Positions 22,648 to 32,400 of a stretch of DNA of 64,000 nt are shown piece after piece (position 1 is the first letter of the stretch; each line of letters starts with the position of its first letter). Origin of the DNA: an uncultured Gemmatimonadales bacterium. GTDB lineage: Bacteria; Gemmatimonadota; Gemmatimonadetes; Gemmatimonadales; GWC2-71-9. The stretch lies in NCBI GenBank assembly GCA_963755425.1, contig CAVWJI010000002.1, positions 453,244 through 517,243 on the forward strand, written 5' to 3'. The notes beneath the pieces are model-generated. The model was not told the origin of the DNA, made no database searches, and worked only from the letters and a program-made list of their open reading frames with translations. A program made the position numbers and the translations under genes.

Positions 22648-23827
22648 TCACTTCTGTGCCGGTACGCCGATGCGCATCACGTCGTCTCCCAGCATGTGAC
22701 GCGCGATGATGAGCCGGAGGATTTCGTTGGTTCCCGCGCCGATCTCCATCAGCTTGGCGTCGCGCATGTAGCGCTCCACCGCAAACTCGCGCATGTAGCC
22801 GTAGCCGCCCATCACCTGGATCATGTCGAGCGTCACCTTGGTCGCCATCTGCGCGCTCTGCAGCTTGGCCTTGGCGGCCATCATCGCTGATTCGCGCCCC
22901 GCCAGCAGGCCGAGGTCCCACATCTTGGCGGCCTGATAGGTCAGCGCTGCGGCACGCCTCGTACCAGGCCGCCCCTTCGGTGAGCCGCTCCTGGATCTGC
23001 TGGAACGAGCCGATCGGCTTGCCGAACTGCCGCCGCTCGCGGGCATACGCCGTGGCGGTCTCGAGCGACGCGCGCGCCAGCCCCAGCGAGATGCCGGCGA
23101 TGGTGACGCGCTCGAGATCGAGGTTCTTCATCATCATCGCGACGCTGCCGTTCTCCTTGCCGACGCGATTTCCCTCGGGCACCCGGCAGTTGTCGAACAC
23201 CAGCTCGCTGGTGGGCGACGCGCGCATGCCCATCTTGGAGAACTTCTTGCCGGTGGAGAAGCCCGGCATGCCGCGTTCGATCAGGAACGTCGAGATGTCC
23301 TGGCGGCGGGTGCCGGTGCGCGCGTAGAGATAGACGACATCGCTCTCGGTGCCGTTGGTGATGAAGGTCTTGGTGCCGTTGATGAGGTAGTGATCGTCCT
23401 GCTTCTCGGCCCGGGTGGTCATCCCGATGGCGTCGGAGCCAGCGCCGGGCTCGGTCATCCCCATGGCGCCGATCCATTCGCCGTTCAGCAGCTTGGGCAG
23501 CAAGCGCGCCTTCTGGTCGGCGGTGCCGTTGGCGCCGATCTGGTTGACGCAGAGGATGGCATGGGCCAGGTACGAGAGCGTGGTCGACGCGTCGACCGCG
23601 CCCATCTCTTCCATGGCGATGGTCGCCGCCACGGCACCCATCCCCGCCCCGCCATCGTCGGCGGAGACGGTGATGCCGAGGAGGCCGAGGTCGCCCATGG
23701 CGCGGAAGGCGCCGCGGTTGAACCCCTCCTCGGCGTCGAGCTGCTCGATCTTCGGCGCCAGTTCGGACACGGCAAACTGCCGCACCGCGTCGCCCAGCAT
23801 CCGCTCTTCGTCACTGAAAAACCACAT
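22648..23827 (-). pseudogene. Acyl-CoA dehydrogenase (isovaleryl-CoA dehydrogenase-like), with one frame switch as sequenced
   Basis: ATG at 23827 with AAGGAG upstream. Motifs LSYLAHAILCVNQIGANGT, GAMGMTEPGAGSD and FITNG. The C-terminus MREFAVERYMRDAKLMEIGAGTNEI is in ORF 22648..23046. The switch is near 22950-22957. Confidence 0.88.
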
Positions 23828-23999
23828 GCGCTCGACTCCTTTGAGGTGAAGCATGGCAGGAGCGGGAGGGCGGCACCAGTGGTGGACCGGAGGCCGGAGA
23901 TCGAGTCGGAGAACGTTCACCTGCCCATGACCGGATGGGCGCCTTGCGTCCCGCATCGATCGCCATATCGTTGTACGATCTTGTTATCGATGAGGCCGT

Positions 24000-24206
24000 A
24001 TGTCGATCGTCACCGTGTCACCCAAGTTCCAGGTCGTGATTCCGCGCGAAATCCGTGAAGCGATGCGGCTCGAGCCAGGACAGCAGGTCCAGGCGCTCCA
24101 GTACCAGAACCGGATCGAGTTCATCCCGGTCCGGGATCTCCGCGCCATGCGCGGCTTCTTGAAGGGCATCGACACCCGGGTGCCGCGGGAACGGAATCGG
24201 GTGTGA
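24000..24206 (+). CDS. vapB: AbrB/SpoVT-fold antitoxin (VapB-like)
   Basis: SPKFQVVIPREIREAMRLEPGQ is the typical SpoVT-AbrB swapped-hairpin motif. 68 aa. The stop overlaps the GTG of the PIN gene (GTGA). Confidence 0.85.
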   Translation: MSIVTVSPKFQVVIPREIREAMRLEPGQQVQALQYQNRIEFIPVRDLRAMRGFLKGIDTRVPRERNRV

Positions 24207-24589
24207 ACGTCGTCGATTCGTCGGCGTGGCTGGAGTATTTCGCGGGCGGCCCGAATGCGGCGCGGTTTGCCGCCGCGATCGAAGCCACCGCGGATCTGGT
24301 CGTCCCCACCGTTGTCGTCCTCGAGGTGACCCGTCGGGTGATGCAGCAGCGGGGCGAAGATGCGGCGCTGCAGGCCGCGGCCCTGCTCCATCAGGGACAA
24401 CTTGTCCCACTCGACAGCGCCCTGGCGCTCAGCGCGGCCAGGATCGGTGTCGAGGCCCGGTTGCCGCTGGCGGACAGCATCATCCTCGCCACGGCTCGGC
24501 AGTATGGCGCCACGATATGGACGATGGACGCCGACTTCGAAGGGTTGCCTGACGTGCGGTACTTTGCGAAGCGCGGCAAGGCGACCTGA
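24203..24589 (+). CDS. vapC: PIN-domain toxin (VapC-like)
   Basis: N-terminal VVDSSAW acidic motif, a later ..LADSIILATA.. segment and ..WTMDADF. 128 aa, paired with the upstream antitoxin. Confidence 0.85.
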   Translation: MNVVDSSAWLEYFAGGPNAARFAAAIEATADLVVPTVVVLEVTRRVMQQRGEDAALQAAALLHQGQLVPLDSALALSAARIGVEARLPLADSIILATARQYGATIWTMDADFEGLPDVRYFAKRGKAT

Positions 24590-24633
24590 TCGCGGTCCGG
24601 AATACAGGCAGCATTCATGTCTTGAAGGTCAGC

Positions 24634-27570
24634 TTAACGTTCCAGCAGTTCGCAGTCGACGGCATCCAGGCCAAGCAGTTCCGCCGTCCGCTCGTCGAGT
24701 TCCTGCTGCACATCGCGCCGCGCGCCCTCGCGCGCGAGTTCAATCAGCATCCTATCGGCCAGCACCCCCGCCGGCAGCGGCACCGAGCCCGTTGCCCGAG
24801 CGCCGAACCGCGCGCACCCGCCCTGTGCTGGCTCCGCTGCAAGCCTGGCGATCCGCCGAATCCAGCGACAATTGAGCCACGCGGCAAGCGCCAGCGCGCG
24901 GTCGGCCGACGGCATCGCCGCCACGTAGCAGCTGTTGAGCGGCACCGCGTCGGGATCATCGAGCACCGCGGCGGTGAGCTCGCGGGCAAGATCGCGCCAC
25001 ACCACCCGGAACGGCGCCGTCGCCGCGTGGGTGCGGAAGAGCTGCCAGAGCGGACCGCCGTGATAGTCCGCTCGGCGTCGCAACGCCGCGTCGTGTTGCG
25101 CCAGATACTCCGCAACGAAGCGCGGCAACGTCGCCAGCGGATTGCCTCGCGCGTCGGCAGGCCAGAGGAGCCGAGCGCCCGGCGTGGCGCGGAACGGCTT
25201 CACGTCGCGGCCGCGGACCGCCGGGCGGCACCACGGTTCGAGTGACATTGGCGGGTCGACAAAGACGCTGTTCGCGCCGGTCTTGACGCCGAGCTGCAAC
25301 GTCACCGCTTCCGCCAGGGTCGGATACGCCTCCCGGAGTCGCGCCACCAGTTGCTGTTCCGCCGGTGCGGCCAGCGTCCAGCGCGTTGCGCGCCGCCAGG
25401 CATGCTGCGGCTGGCGCGGCGCGTTGGATGGCAGGGCGAGGCGCACCTCGTGCTCCGCCGGCGGTGCGGTGCGACTCGCGATCAGCACCAGTGGATACGC
25501 GGTCGCGTCGAAGCTCGCCAGCGGATCGTCGGCGAGATCGGCAACCACATGCACGGTGGTCTGCGCGGCGAGCCCGGCGCGACACGCCGAGGCGTATCCG
25601 GCGGTGGCGAGCTTGGCGGGAACGAGCAGCGCCAGCGTGCCGCCGGGGGCGAGCAACCGGCAGCCGCGTTCGACGAACGCCACCGAGAGATCGGGAAGGT
25701 GCCGCCAGCCGCGGCCACTGCCGCCGCGCCACCAGCGATAGCGCGCACCCAGTTGCTGGCGGACGGCGGGCGCAATCCGTTCGGCTCGCACCCACGGCGG
25801 ATTTCCCACCACCAGGTCAAAACCGCCGCGGCGGGCCATCGTCGCGGCGAACGCAACGCCCAGTGCGAATGGCTCCGCCGATGCATCGCGCAGCACCAGC
25901 CGCCGCTGTCGACGGAGGTCGCGCCGGTCGGCCCGCCACTCCCGGAGGCGACGACGCGCAGCGGCATCGAGCGGCGGACGGCCGCCGAAGAGGCGAGGTT
26001 GCCGCGCGCGCTCCAGTTCCAGCGCGATACGGCGCTCCACCGCGTGCTCGCGTTCCACCAGAATCGCCACCATCACCTCCCGCTCGGCGGCGCGCGCCGA
26101 GGCCAGCGCGCTCCGCTTCGCGGCACCTCGCGAGCCGGCGACATCACGCTGCGGCACACCGATGCGCCGCGCCGCCTTCACCGCAAGCGACGTCTCGCCG
26201 ACCGGATCGAGCAGCGCATCACCGGCCCGGATGGTGACATCGAGGTTGGGAAGCGGGGGCAACGCGCCGGCGTCGGAACCGCGCCAGGCACGCAGCACCT
26301 CGAGCCAGAGCCGGAGTTCGGCCAGGCGCACCGCGCCGGGGTGGCGGTCGACACCGAAGAGCCGTCGCTGCACCAGGTGTCGCACCCGCGCCGGCCGCCG
26401 CGGCCCCGGACCGTGCAGCAACCCGAGCGCGCCGACCAGGAACGCCCCCGAACCGGCAGCGGGGTCGAGCACGGTGATATCGAGGAGGAGTCGTTGCAGT
26501 TGGCGATCGGGGGCGTCGAGCGTGTCGTGTATGTCGCTCTCGCGGCGACCGGTGCGGAGGGCGAGATGCGCGGCGAGCGTGTGGCGCAGCACCTCGTCGA
26601 CCAGTGCCGGCGGGGTGAAGAAGGTGCCGCCGTCGTGGCGTTCGTCGGGATCCATCACCCCCTCGAACACCCGGCCGAGGAGTTCCGGCGTGACGCGGCC
26701 CGCGCGGTCGGCGGCGTCGAGAGTGACGTCGACGCGATCGACGAGTGCCGTGAATGCCTCGATCCAGAACGCGGCGGGGAGGTGGAACTTGTGGTGCCGC
26801 TCCACCGGATGCGGCTCGAACAACCCGCCGTTGAGGAACGGCACCGCACCGAAGGCGCGCGCAAACCGTGACCGCTCGATCCACGCGCGGTTGAGCGTGC
26901 CGAAGAAGAGCGGATGCAGCAGGTGCCGGGTCGGATCGCGCCGGGCGCGGAGACAGCGGTCGAGCTGTTCGGCGAGGAAGCGCCGGTTGCCGTCGAGCCA
27001 CCCCTCCGACTCGACGAAGCGGAGGAAGAGGAGGCGGGTGAGCTGGATCAGCGCCCACGCGCGGCGCTCGTCGGCGGAAACGCGGGTGGGGAGCGTGTCG
27101 ACAGCGTTGGCAATCAGCTGATGCAGGAGGCGGAAAGTGCGGCGGCCGGCGGCATCGAGATCGACGGCGTCGGCGAAGGCGAGCGCCTGTTCGAGCAGTG
27201 TGGCGGCGGGGCGGCGGGCGGCGGCGGCGAGGCGGAGCAGCGGGAGTGCATCGGGGACGGCGAGGGGAAATGTCGCGGTGCGCACCGGATCGACGGTGAC
27301 GGCGACGAGCCGGCGGTGGTGCGCAGGGTCGTCGGCGAGGAGCACGCCGATTCGTCCGCGGCGCGCGAGGCGGCGGGCGACTGTCGAGAGATCACGGGCA
27401 GTGCCACCCAGGCTCCACACGGGCAATCCGGCGAGGGTGCCGACTTCAGTCAGTGGGCCATCGGACTCCGCGGGGACCGGGACGACGCACGCTTCGCCGC
27501 CGAGATGGTGGACCAGGGCGGTGTGCGCGGTAACAGGATCGGCTGATGCATCCGTGGCGGCGGTGGACAC
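24634..27570 (-). CDS. Eco57I/PglX-like (type IIG-like) N6-adenine DNA methyltransferase. No endonuclease domain recognised.
   Basis: Intact 978-aa ORF. Motifs PFLNGGLFEP, GGTFFTPPALV (motif X), VLDPAAGSGAFL (motif I) and VVGNPPWV (motif IV). A long C-terminal TaqI_C/TRD-like region follows. Confidence 0.85.
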   Translation of the reverse strand: MSTAATDASADPVTAHTALVHHLGGEACVVPVPAESDGPLTEVGTLAGLPVWSLGGTARDLSTVARRLARRGRIGVLLADDPAHHRRLVAVTVDPVRTATFPLAVPDALPLLRLAAAARRPAATLLEQALAFADAVDLDAAGRRTFRLLHQLIANAVDTLPTRVSADERRAWALIQLTRLLFLRFVESEGWLDGNRRFLAEQLDRCLRARRDPTRHLLHPLFFGTLNRAWIERSRFARAFGAVPFLNGGLFEPHPVERHHKFHLPAAFWIEAFTALVDRVDVTLDAADRAGRVTPELLGRVFEGVMDPDERHDGGTFFTPPALVDEVLRHTLAAHLALRTGRRESDIHDTLDAPDRQLQRLLLDITVLDPAAGSGAFLVGALGLLHGPGPRRPARVRHLVQRRLFGVDRHPGAVRLAELRLWLEVLRAWRGSDAGALPPLPNLDVTIRAGDALLDPVGETSLAVKAARRIGVPQRDVAGSRGAAKRSALASARAAEREVMVAILVEREHAVERRIALELERARQPRLFGGRPPLDAAARRRLREWRADRRDLRRQRRLVLRDASAEPFALGVAFAATMARRGGFDLVVGNPPWVRAERIAPAVRQQLGARYRWWRGGSGRGWRHLPDLSVAFVERGCRLLAPGGTLALLVPAKLATAGYASACRAGLAAQTTVHVVADLADDPLASFDATAYPLVLIASRTAPPAEHEVRLALPSNAPRQPQHAWRRATRWTLAAPAEQQLVARLREAYPTLAEAVTLQLGVKTGANSVFVDPPMSLEPWCRPAVRGRDVKPFRATPGARLLWPADARGNPLATLPRFVAEYLAQHDAALRRRADYHGGPLWQLFRTHAATAPFRVVWRDLARELTAAVLDDPDAVPLNSCYVAAMPSADRALALAAWLNCRWIRRIARLAAEPAQGGCARFGARATGSVPLPAGVLADRMLIELAREGARRDVQQELDERTAELLGLDAVDCELLER

Positions 27571-27726
27571 GCCGCCATGGTCGGTGGGCGCGAGAGGATT
27601 GTCGTCACGGGATTACGCCGAGGGGGGCTGGAAAGTGCGGGATGTGGGGAGTGGCTGGGGGCCGGGGCGGCTTCGGCGGCAGGGCCAAGGGAAGACCCTC
27701 GGGGGCGGGCCTTGCGAGCGTCTTCC

Positions 27727-27747
27727 GGTATGACGTATCATCATACC
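27727..27747 (+). promoter_or_regulatory. 7-bp inverted repeat (GGTATGA-n7-TCATACC) just upstream of mazE, a candidate antitoxin operator
   Basis: GGTATGA at 27727-27733 and TCATACC at 27741-27747. GGAGGA follows at about 27750-27755, then the ATG at 27760. Confidence 0.4.
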
Positions 27748-27759
27748 ACGGAGGATGCC

Positions 27760-28002
27760 ATGGCAAAGGCCAAGATTGCCGTCACGCTGGACGGCCCGGT
27801 GCTGACTCGCCTCGACCGCGTAGTGAATGGGGGCCTCTTCCCCAACCGCAGTCAGGCGATTGAAGCCGCAGTGATGGAAAAGCTCGAGCGATTGGAGCAT
27901 CGCCGCCTCGCGGCCGAGTGCGCCAAGCTTGACCCGGCAGCAGAGCAGGCCCTCGCGGATGAGGGCCTCGGCGCCGATGCGGACACATGGCCCGCATACT
28001 GA
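27760..28002 (+). CDS. mazE: Ribbon-helix-helix (CopG-type) antitoxin
   Basis: MAKAKIAVTLDGPVLTRLDRVV..NRSQAIEAAV (RHH pattern). An SD sequence lies upstream. It overlaps the mazF start by 16 nt. Confidence 0.8.
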   Translation: MAKAKIAVTLDGPVLTRLDRVVNGGLFPNRSQAIEAAVMEKLERLEHRRLAAECAKLDPAAEQALADEGLGADADTWPAY

Positions 28003-28325
28003 GAGGGGAGATCCGGTGGGCCGATCTCGATCCCGCGCGCGGGCGGGAACAAGCCGGAATGCGGCCGGTGCTGGTTCTCAGCCAGGACGTCTTCAACGAA
28101 CGATCAGGCACGATCATCGCGATGGCTCTGACAAGCCAGCCGCAACGGGCCGGGTTTCCGCTCACCCTCGAACTGACATCCGCCGCGTTGCCCAAGCGTT
28201 CGTGGGTCAAGATCAGTCAGATTCGTACGCTGTCGGTCGAGCGTATAGGAAAGCGGCTCGCGAAAATGTCGGTGGAAGAACTGGCTGTCGTCGTCGAAGG
28301 CCTCAACGAGATCATCGGGGTCTGA
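27987..28325 (+). CDS. mazF: MazF/PemK-family endoribonuclease toxin
   Basis: RGEIRWADLDPARGREQAGMRPVLVLS and ..SWVKISQIRTLSVERI match the MazF/PemK pattern. Confidence 0.88.
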   Translation: MARILRGEIRWADLDPARGREQAGMRPVLVLSQDVFNERSGTIIAMALTSQPQRAGFPLTLELTSAALPKRSWVKISQIRTLSVERIGKRLAKMSVEELAVVVEGLNEIIGV

Positions 28326-28463
28326 TACGCGCCTGCTGCCGCCGAGGCCAACGCGGTTCGGCCGCCACGAGGTGTTGTTTGTCGAACGACTGCACCGGCG
28401 TCACGTCCTCGCCGCCCCGGCGTCAGCGCCTCGAAGGCGCGCTCGAAACCGAGCCGTGGGCTC

Positions 28464-31400
28464 CTACGGCATCGGCCCGCCCCGACCGGCCCCGGCCGCC
28501 GGCGGAACGGCGGAGGGGACGCACACCGGCATCGGCAGCGCCGGCGCAGCGGCGGCGATCGGCCGGAGATTGTTGCGCGCCAGCACGGCATTGAACGCGA
28601 CGAGATCGTGGTCGTTGATCGCGCGCCACGCCGTGACGGCACTCCGCAGGTCGGTGCAGACGTGGACCCAGCCGCGCAGCATCGGTGCGGTGGGCGCCAT
28701 GTCACCGAAATCGTTGGTCCGGAGCTGGCCGTTCATCGAGAACAGGACGCCTTCGCCACCCTCCCGGCCGTTGATCGCCGCAAAATTGGGAGGGAGCGGC
28801 TCGCGGAACGCATTGCCGCGAGTATTGTCGACGATTCCCGGAACGCCGCCGACGCGCGCCAGCGCCGCATCGAAGCGCGGCCGCAGCCGTGGCGACTTCG
28901 GCGGGCGGATTGCCGCGCGCACATCGGCGACCGCCTTCCGCATCGCGTCAACCTGGAGCCACCCGTCCCACGCCTCCCTGGCGCCGTTGTACAGCTTCAT
29001 CTGCAGGTCGTGCTGCGCCCGGAGATCCGCCAGTGTCGCCGGCGAACGGGGATCGTTGCGAACGGTCACGGTCTGCGTGTAGCTCCGGCCGTCCACCGTG
29101 AGCTTGACCGTGTAGACGCCCGGCAGCGCCAGCGGGCCTTCCGGGTGGTACACCGTCTCCCCCGGCACCGCATTCAGGGTGTAATACGGGTCCATGCTGT
29201 GGCTGAACGCGGGGGGATCGTCGTACCGGATGTCCCAGTTGATCCGGTTCGTTCCGATCGCGGTCGGCAGGGGCTCCGGCACCTTGAGCCAGTAGGGTGG
29301 CACCTGCGGCGGTGGATTCGTGTCCGGTGGAATCGGGGCACTGGAGTAATGCCGCACCACGTTGCCCGCCGCGTCGAGAATCTCGCAGCGTGATGTCGCC
29401 GGTCGGGCCGCTTGCCGAGAGAGTAGTAGATGATGGCACCGACGGGGGGATTCAATGCGTGCGGCACTTCCGGCGGGAACGGCGTGTCTTCGTTCATCTC
29501 GCGGCGCACCCGGATGGCATCACCCGGCTTGAAGAGATGCGCCGGTTCCGCCGCCATCGCCGGCGTGATCTGCCGGAGCGGCGAGATGTCATCGAGAATC
29601 CAGATGCTGCGGCCGTAGGTGGCGACGATGAGGTCGTTGTCCTTGACGACGATGTCGCGATACGACGTGTTCGGGAGATTCAGCATCAGCGACTGCCAGT
29701 CGTCGCCGTCGTCGAACGAGACATACATCGAGCTTTCCGTGCCGGCGTACAGCAATCCCGCCTTCTTCGGGTCGGCGCGGATCACATGGGCATAGCTGCC
29801 GCTGACCTGGTCGGTGCGCATGCCGTTGACGATCTTCGTCCAGGTCCTGCCGTAGTCGTGCGTGCGATAGAAGGACGGGGTCATTTCGCCGGCGGCACGG
29901 AGCGCCACATACACCGTTGCGGCATCGAGATGCGACGCGTCGAGCGACGAGATCGGGCCTCGGACATCGGGAATCGAGACGTCGTGCCATGTCGCACCAT
30001 GATCCCGTGTCAGCTAGATCAGGCCGTTGCTCGTGCCGACCCAGAGCAGTCCGGGCGCCACGGGCGACGAGGACATCGCGTTGATCGTCCCACCGGCACC
30101 GCCGCCGCTGCCGCCCCTGCCCCGGCCGCCGCGTCCGCGCCCGCGCCCCGGCGCCGGCGCCTCGCCCCCTGTGGCAACCCCCAGATCGGGAGAGATCCTG
30201 CGCCAGTGCATACCGCCGTCGGTGGTTGACATCACGTATTGGAAGCCGGCGAACAACTCATGCGGGTTGGTGGCGTTGAAGACCAGCGGGTTTTCGTTGT
30301 TCCAGCGAAGCCCGAGCGCCGTGTCGACGTTCGGGGAAATGTTCATCCACTGCCCGCTGGGGTAGGTGATCTTCATGATGCCGGCGGTCAGGTTGGTCGC
30401 GTAGATGATCTTCGGATTGAGGGGATCGGCCACGATCGGCCCCCGCTCGTTGCCGGGATTGGGCTGCCAGTCGAGCAGCGTGATCTCGCCCAGGTCGCCG
30501 CGAGGGCGAATGGCAATGGCGCAGGCGTCCTGCTGCGTGCCGTAGATCCAGTACGGCCAGGAGTTGTCGGCGGAGATGTGGTAGATCTGCGCCGTCGGCT
30601 GGTTGTACCAGAGGCTCCAGTTGTCGCCGCCGTCCTGCGATACCGTGCCGCCCTGGTCGAGGCCCATGAACATCCGCTTGCCGTCCGTCGGATCGAGCCA
30701 GAGCACCTGCGGATCATCGCCGCCCGGCGCGCCCTTCCACCCGGTGAACGTCTTGCCGCCGTCGGTCGAGATGTACGCCGCCGTCGCGATGGTATACACG
30801 ATGTCGGGATTGCTGGTGTTGACCCAGACGCCCGACGTGTAGTCTGCCCTGTCCGTTGGCGATGCGGGCATCGTTGGCAGGCCATGCGGCGCCAGGAGTT
30901 GCCGCCGTCATCCGACCGATACAGCCCGAAGGTGCCGATCAGGAACATCCGCTGCGCGTTGGTGTGCATCGCAATCGCGACACTCACCCGTCCGGTCAGC
31001 GGGTCGGCAGTCCATTGCCGGACAATTCCTTCCAGGTGACGCCTTCATCGGTTGACTTGTAGAGATTGGTGCCGGTTCCAGCGGCCGCGGCCACCTGCGC
31101 CACCGCCCGTCGCCCTGCCGCCGCGTCCGCCACCGCCCCCTCGCCGGATCGTGGTCGCGAGCATCACGTCAGGATGATCGAACGCCCACGCCAGGTTCTC
31201 CGCGCCGGTCAGGCAGTCGACGTAGAGCGTGCGGGTCCAGTTCCTGCCGCCGTCCGTGGTGCGGAACACGCCGCGATTGCCATCGGCCGTGCGAGCGCTT
31301 CCCAGCGCCGCCATGATCACGACGTCGGGATTCCTGGGATCGACCAGCATCAGGGGAATCGCGCGAGTCTTCTCCATGCCGAGGTGCTGCCAGGTCTTGC

Positions 31401-31792
31401 CGGCATCGGTCGACTTGTACACGCCGTCACCCTCGTTGACGCCGCCGGTTCCGACGTACACGATGTCGGGGTTCGACGGCGCCACTTCGACCGAGCCGAT
31501 GGACGACACGTCCTTGATGCTGTCAAAGACCGGGAACCAGGTTACTCCAGCACTCGTCGTCTTCCACACGCCGCCAATCGGCAGCCCCATGTAATACACA
31601 CCCGGCTGTCCGATCGCTCCGGTGACGGCACTCACGCGGCCCGCGCGGAACGGCCCGATGTTGCGCCACTTGAGGCCGGCGAAGCAGCGAAGGTTCGACT
31701 GGCGAGCGCACCGACGCGGCGGCAAGCAGCGGCAGCGAGAGGAGCGAAAGGCGTGACAACCAATGGAAGGTGACAACGGGCGACCTCGACAT
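28464..31792 (-). pseudogene. Secreted BNR/Asp-box repeat, sortilin/VPS10-like beta-propeller protein (~1100 aa). Six frame switches plus one in-frame TAG as sequenced.
   Basis: Signal peptide MSRSPVVTFHWLSRLSLLSLPLLAAASV. Repeated S-x-D-x-G-x-T-W boxes (STDAGKTWQ, TTDGGRNWT, STDEGVTWK, SDDGGNSWR, STDGGKTFT, SQDGGDNWS, TTDGGMHWR, TRDHGATWH, THDYGRTWT, SFDDGDDWQ). The pieces are spread over ORFs 31523.., 31045.., 30388.., 30014.., 29174.., 28948.. and 28464... A TAG lies at 30014-30016 within ..SNGLI*LTRDHGATW... Confidence 0.8.
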
Positions 31793-31918
31793 CCTGGGCC
31801 TCGCAGTGTTGTTCAGGGGTGCGCCAAAAGGATAGCGTGCCGTCGCCGGGGATGAAAACCGCACAAGACTAAGTACCTTGCGGGATCCTGTCGGACATCT
31901 GAGCGGAGGTGTGAGCGC

Positions 31919-32290
31919 ATGGGTAAGCTCGTTTTCGCCATGATGCAGTCTCTCGACGGCTACGTCGATGGCGTCGCTGGCAGGCTGGAATTCCCCCCGC
32001 CCGGCGTTGCACTGGGCCGTCATCTAACGGATCGTTTCCGCGGCCTGGCCGGCGCCTTGTATGGTCGACGGATCTACGAGATCATGCGCTACTGGGACGA
32101 GGATCGCCCGGAATGGGATGCGGGCGACCACGACTTCGCGGCGGTGTGGCGGGAGCAGCCGAAATGGGTCGTCTCGCGTACCCTCAAGTCGGTCGGTACG
32201 CGGCAAGCCGTACTTTGCCGGCGCCAAGCCACCGCTCCGCATCATTGCCAGCGATCGCGTTGGCGAAGACGCGGTTCGCCTGACGTGTGT
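31919..32290 (+). pseudogene. RibD_C/dihydrofolate-reductase-like family protein, an internally deleted remnant
   Basis: The N-terminal 93 aa (MGKLVFAMMQSLDGYVDG..KWVVSRTLKSVG) join directly, and out of frame, to the C-terminal ..GKPYFAGAKPPLRIIASDRVGEDAVRLTCVPA at about 32197-32202. The central ~75-80 residues expected for this ~180-aa family are absent. Confidence 0.55.
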
Positions 32291-32400
32291 CCCGGCCTGG
32301 GCATGCCAATCCGCCCGCCGGGTGAGTCCACCGTTCAAGACCTTCCGGTGGCAATTCGAGAACGCGCTTGCCGCGAGCGAGTTCAGCAAAGGAGCGCGAC

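Noticed and set aside
22611-23827. The acyl-CoA dehydrogenase, sitting 37 nt upstream of the glycoside-hydrolase/GH2/galM genes, as evidence for a novel combined pathway.
   Set aside because: Co-directionality alone is weak evidence. The IVD-like enzyme has a self-sufficient, well-known role, and no linking enzymes are present.
14438-27570. The SNF2 helicase (14.4-16.6 kb) plus the N6-adenine methyltransferase (24.6-27.6 kb) as a DISARM- or BREX-like system.
   Set aside because: The two genes are 8 kb apart, separated by glycoside hydrolases, galM and an acyl-CoA dehydrogenase. No DUF1998, PLD, PglZ, BrxC/BrxL or second helicase is present.
28326-28463. Rho-independent terminator after mazF (GC-rich segment followed by TGTTGTTTGT).
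   Set aside because: I could not find a convincing perfect stem. Only GGCC..GGCC self-complementarity is present, so I did not call it.
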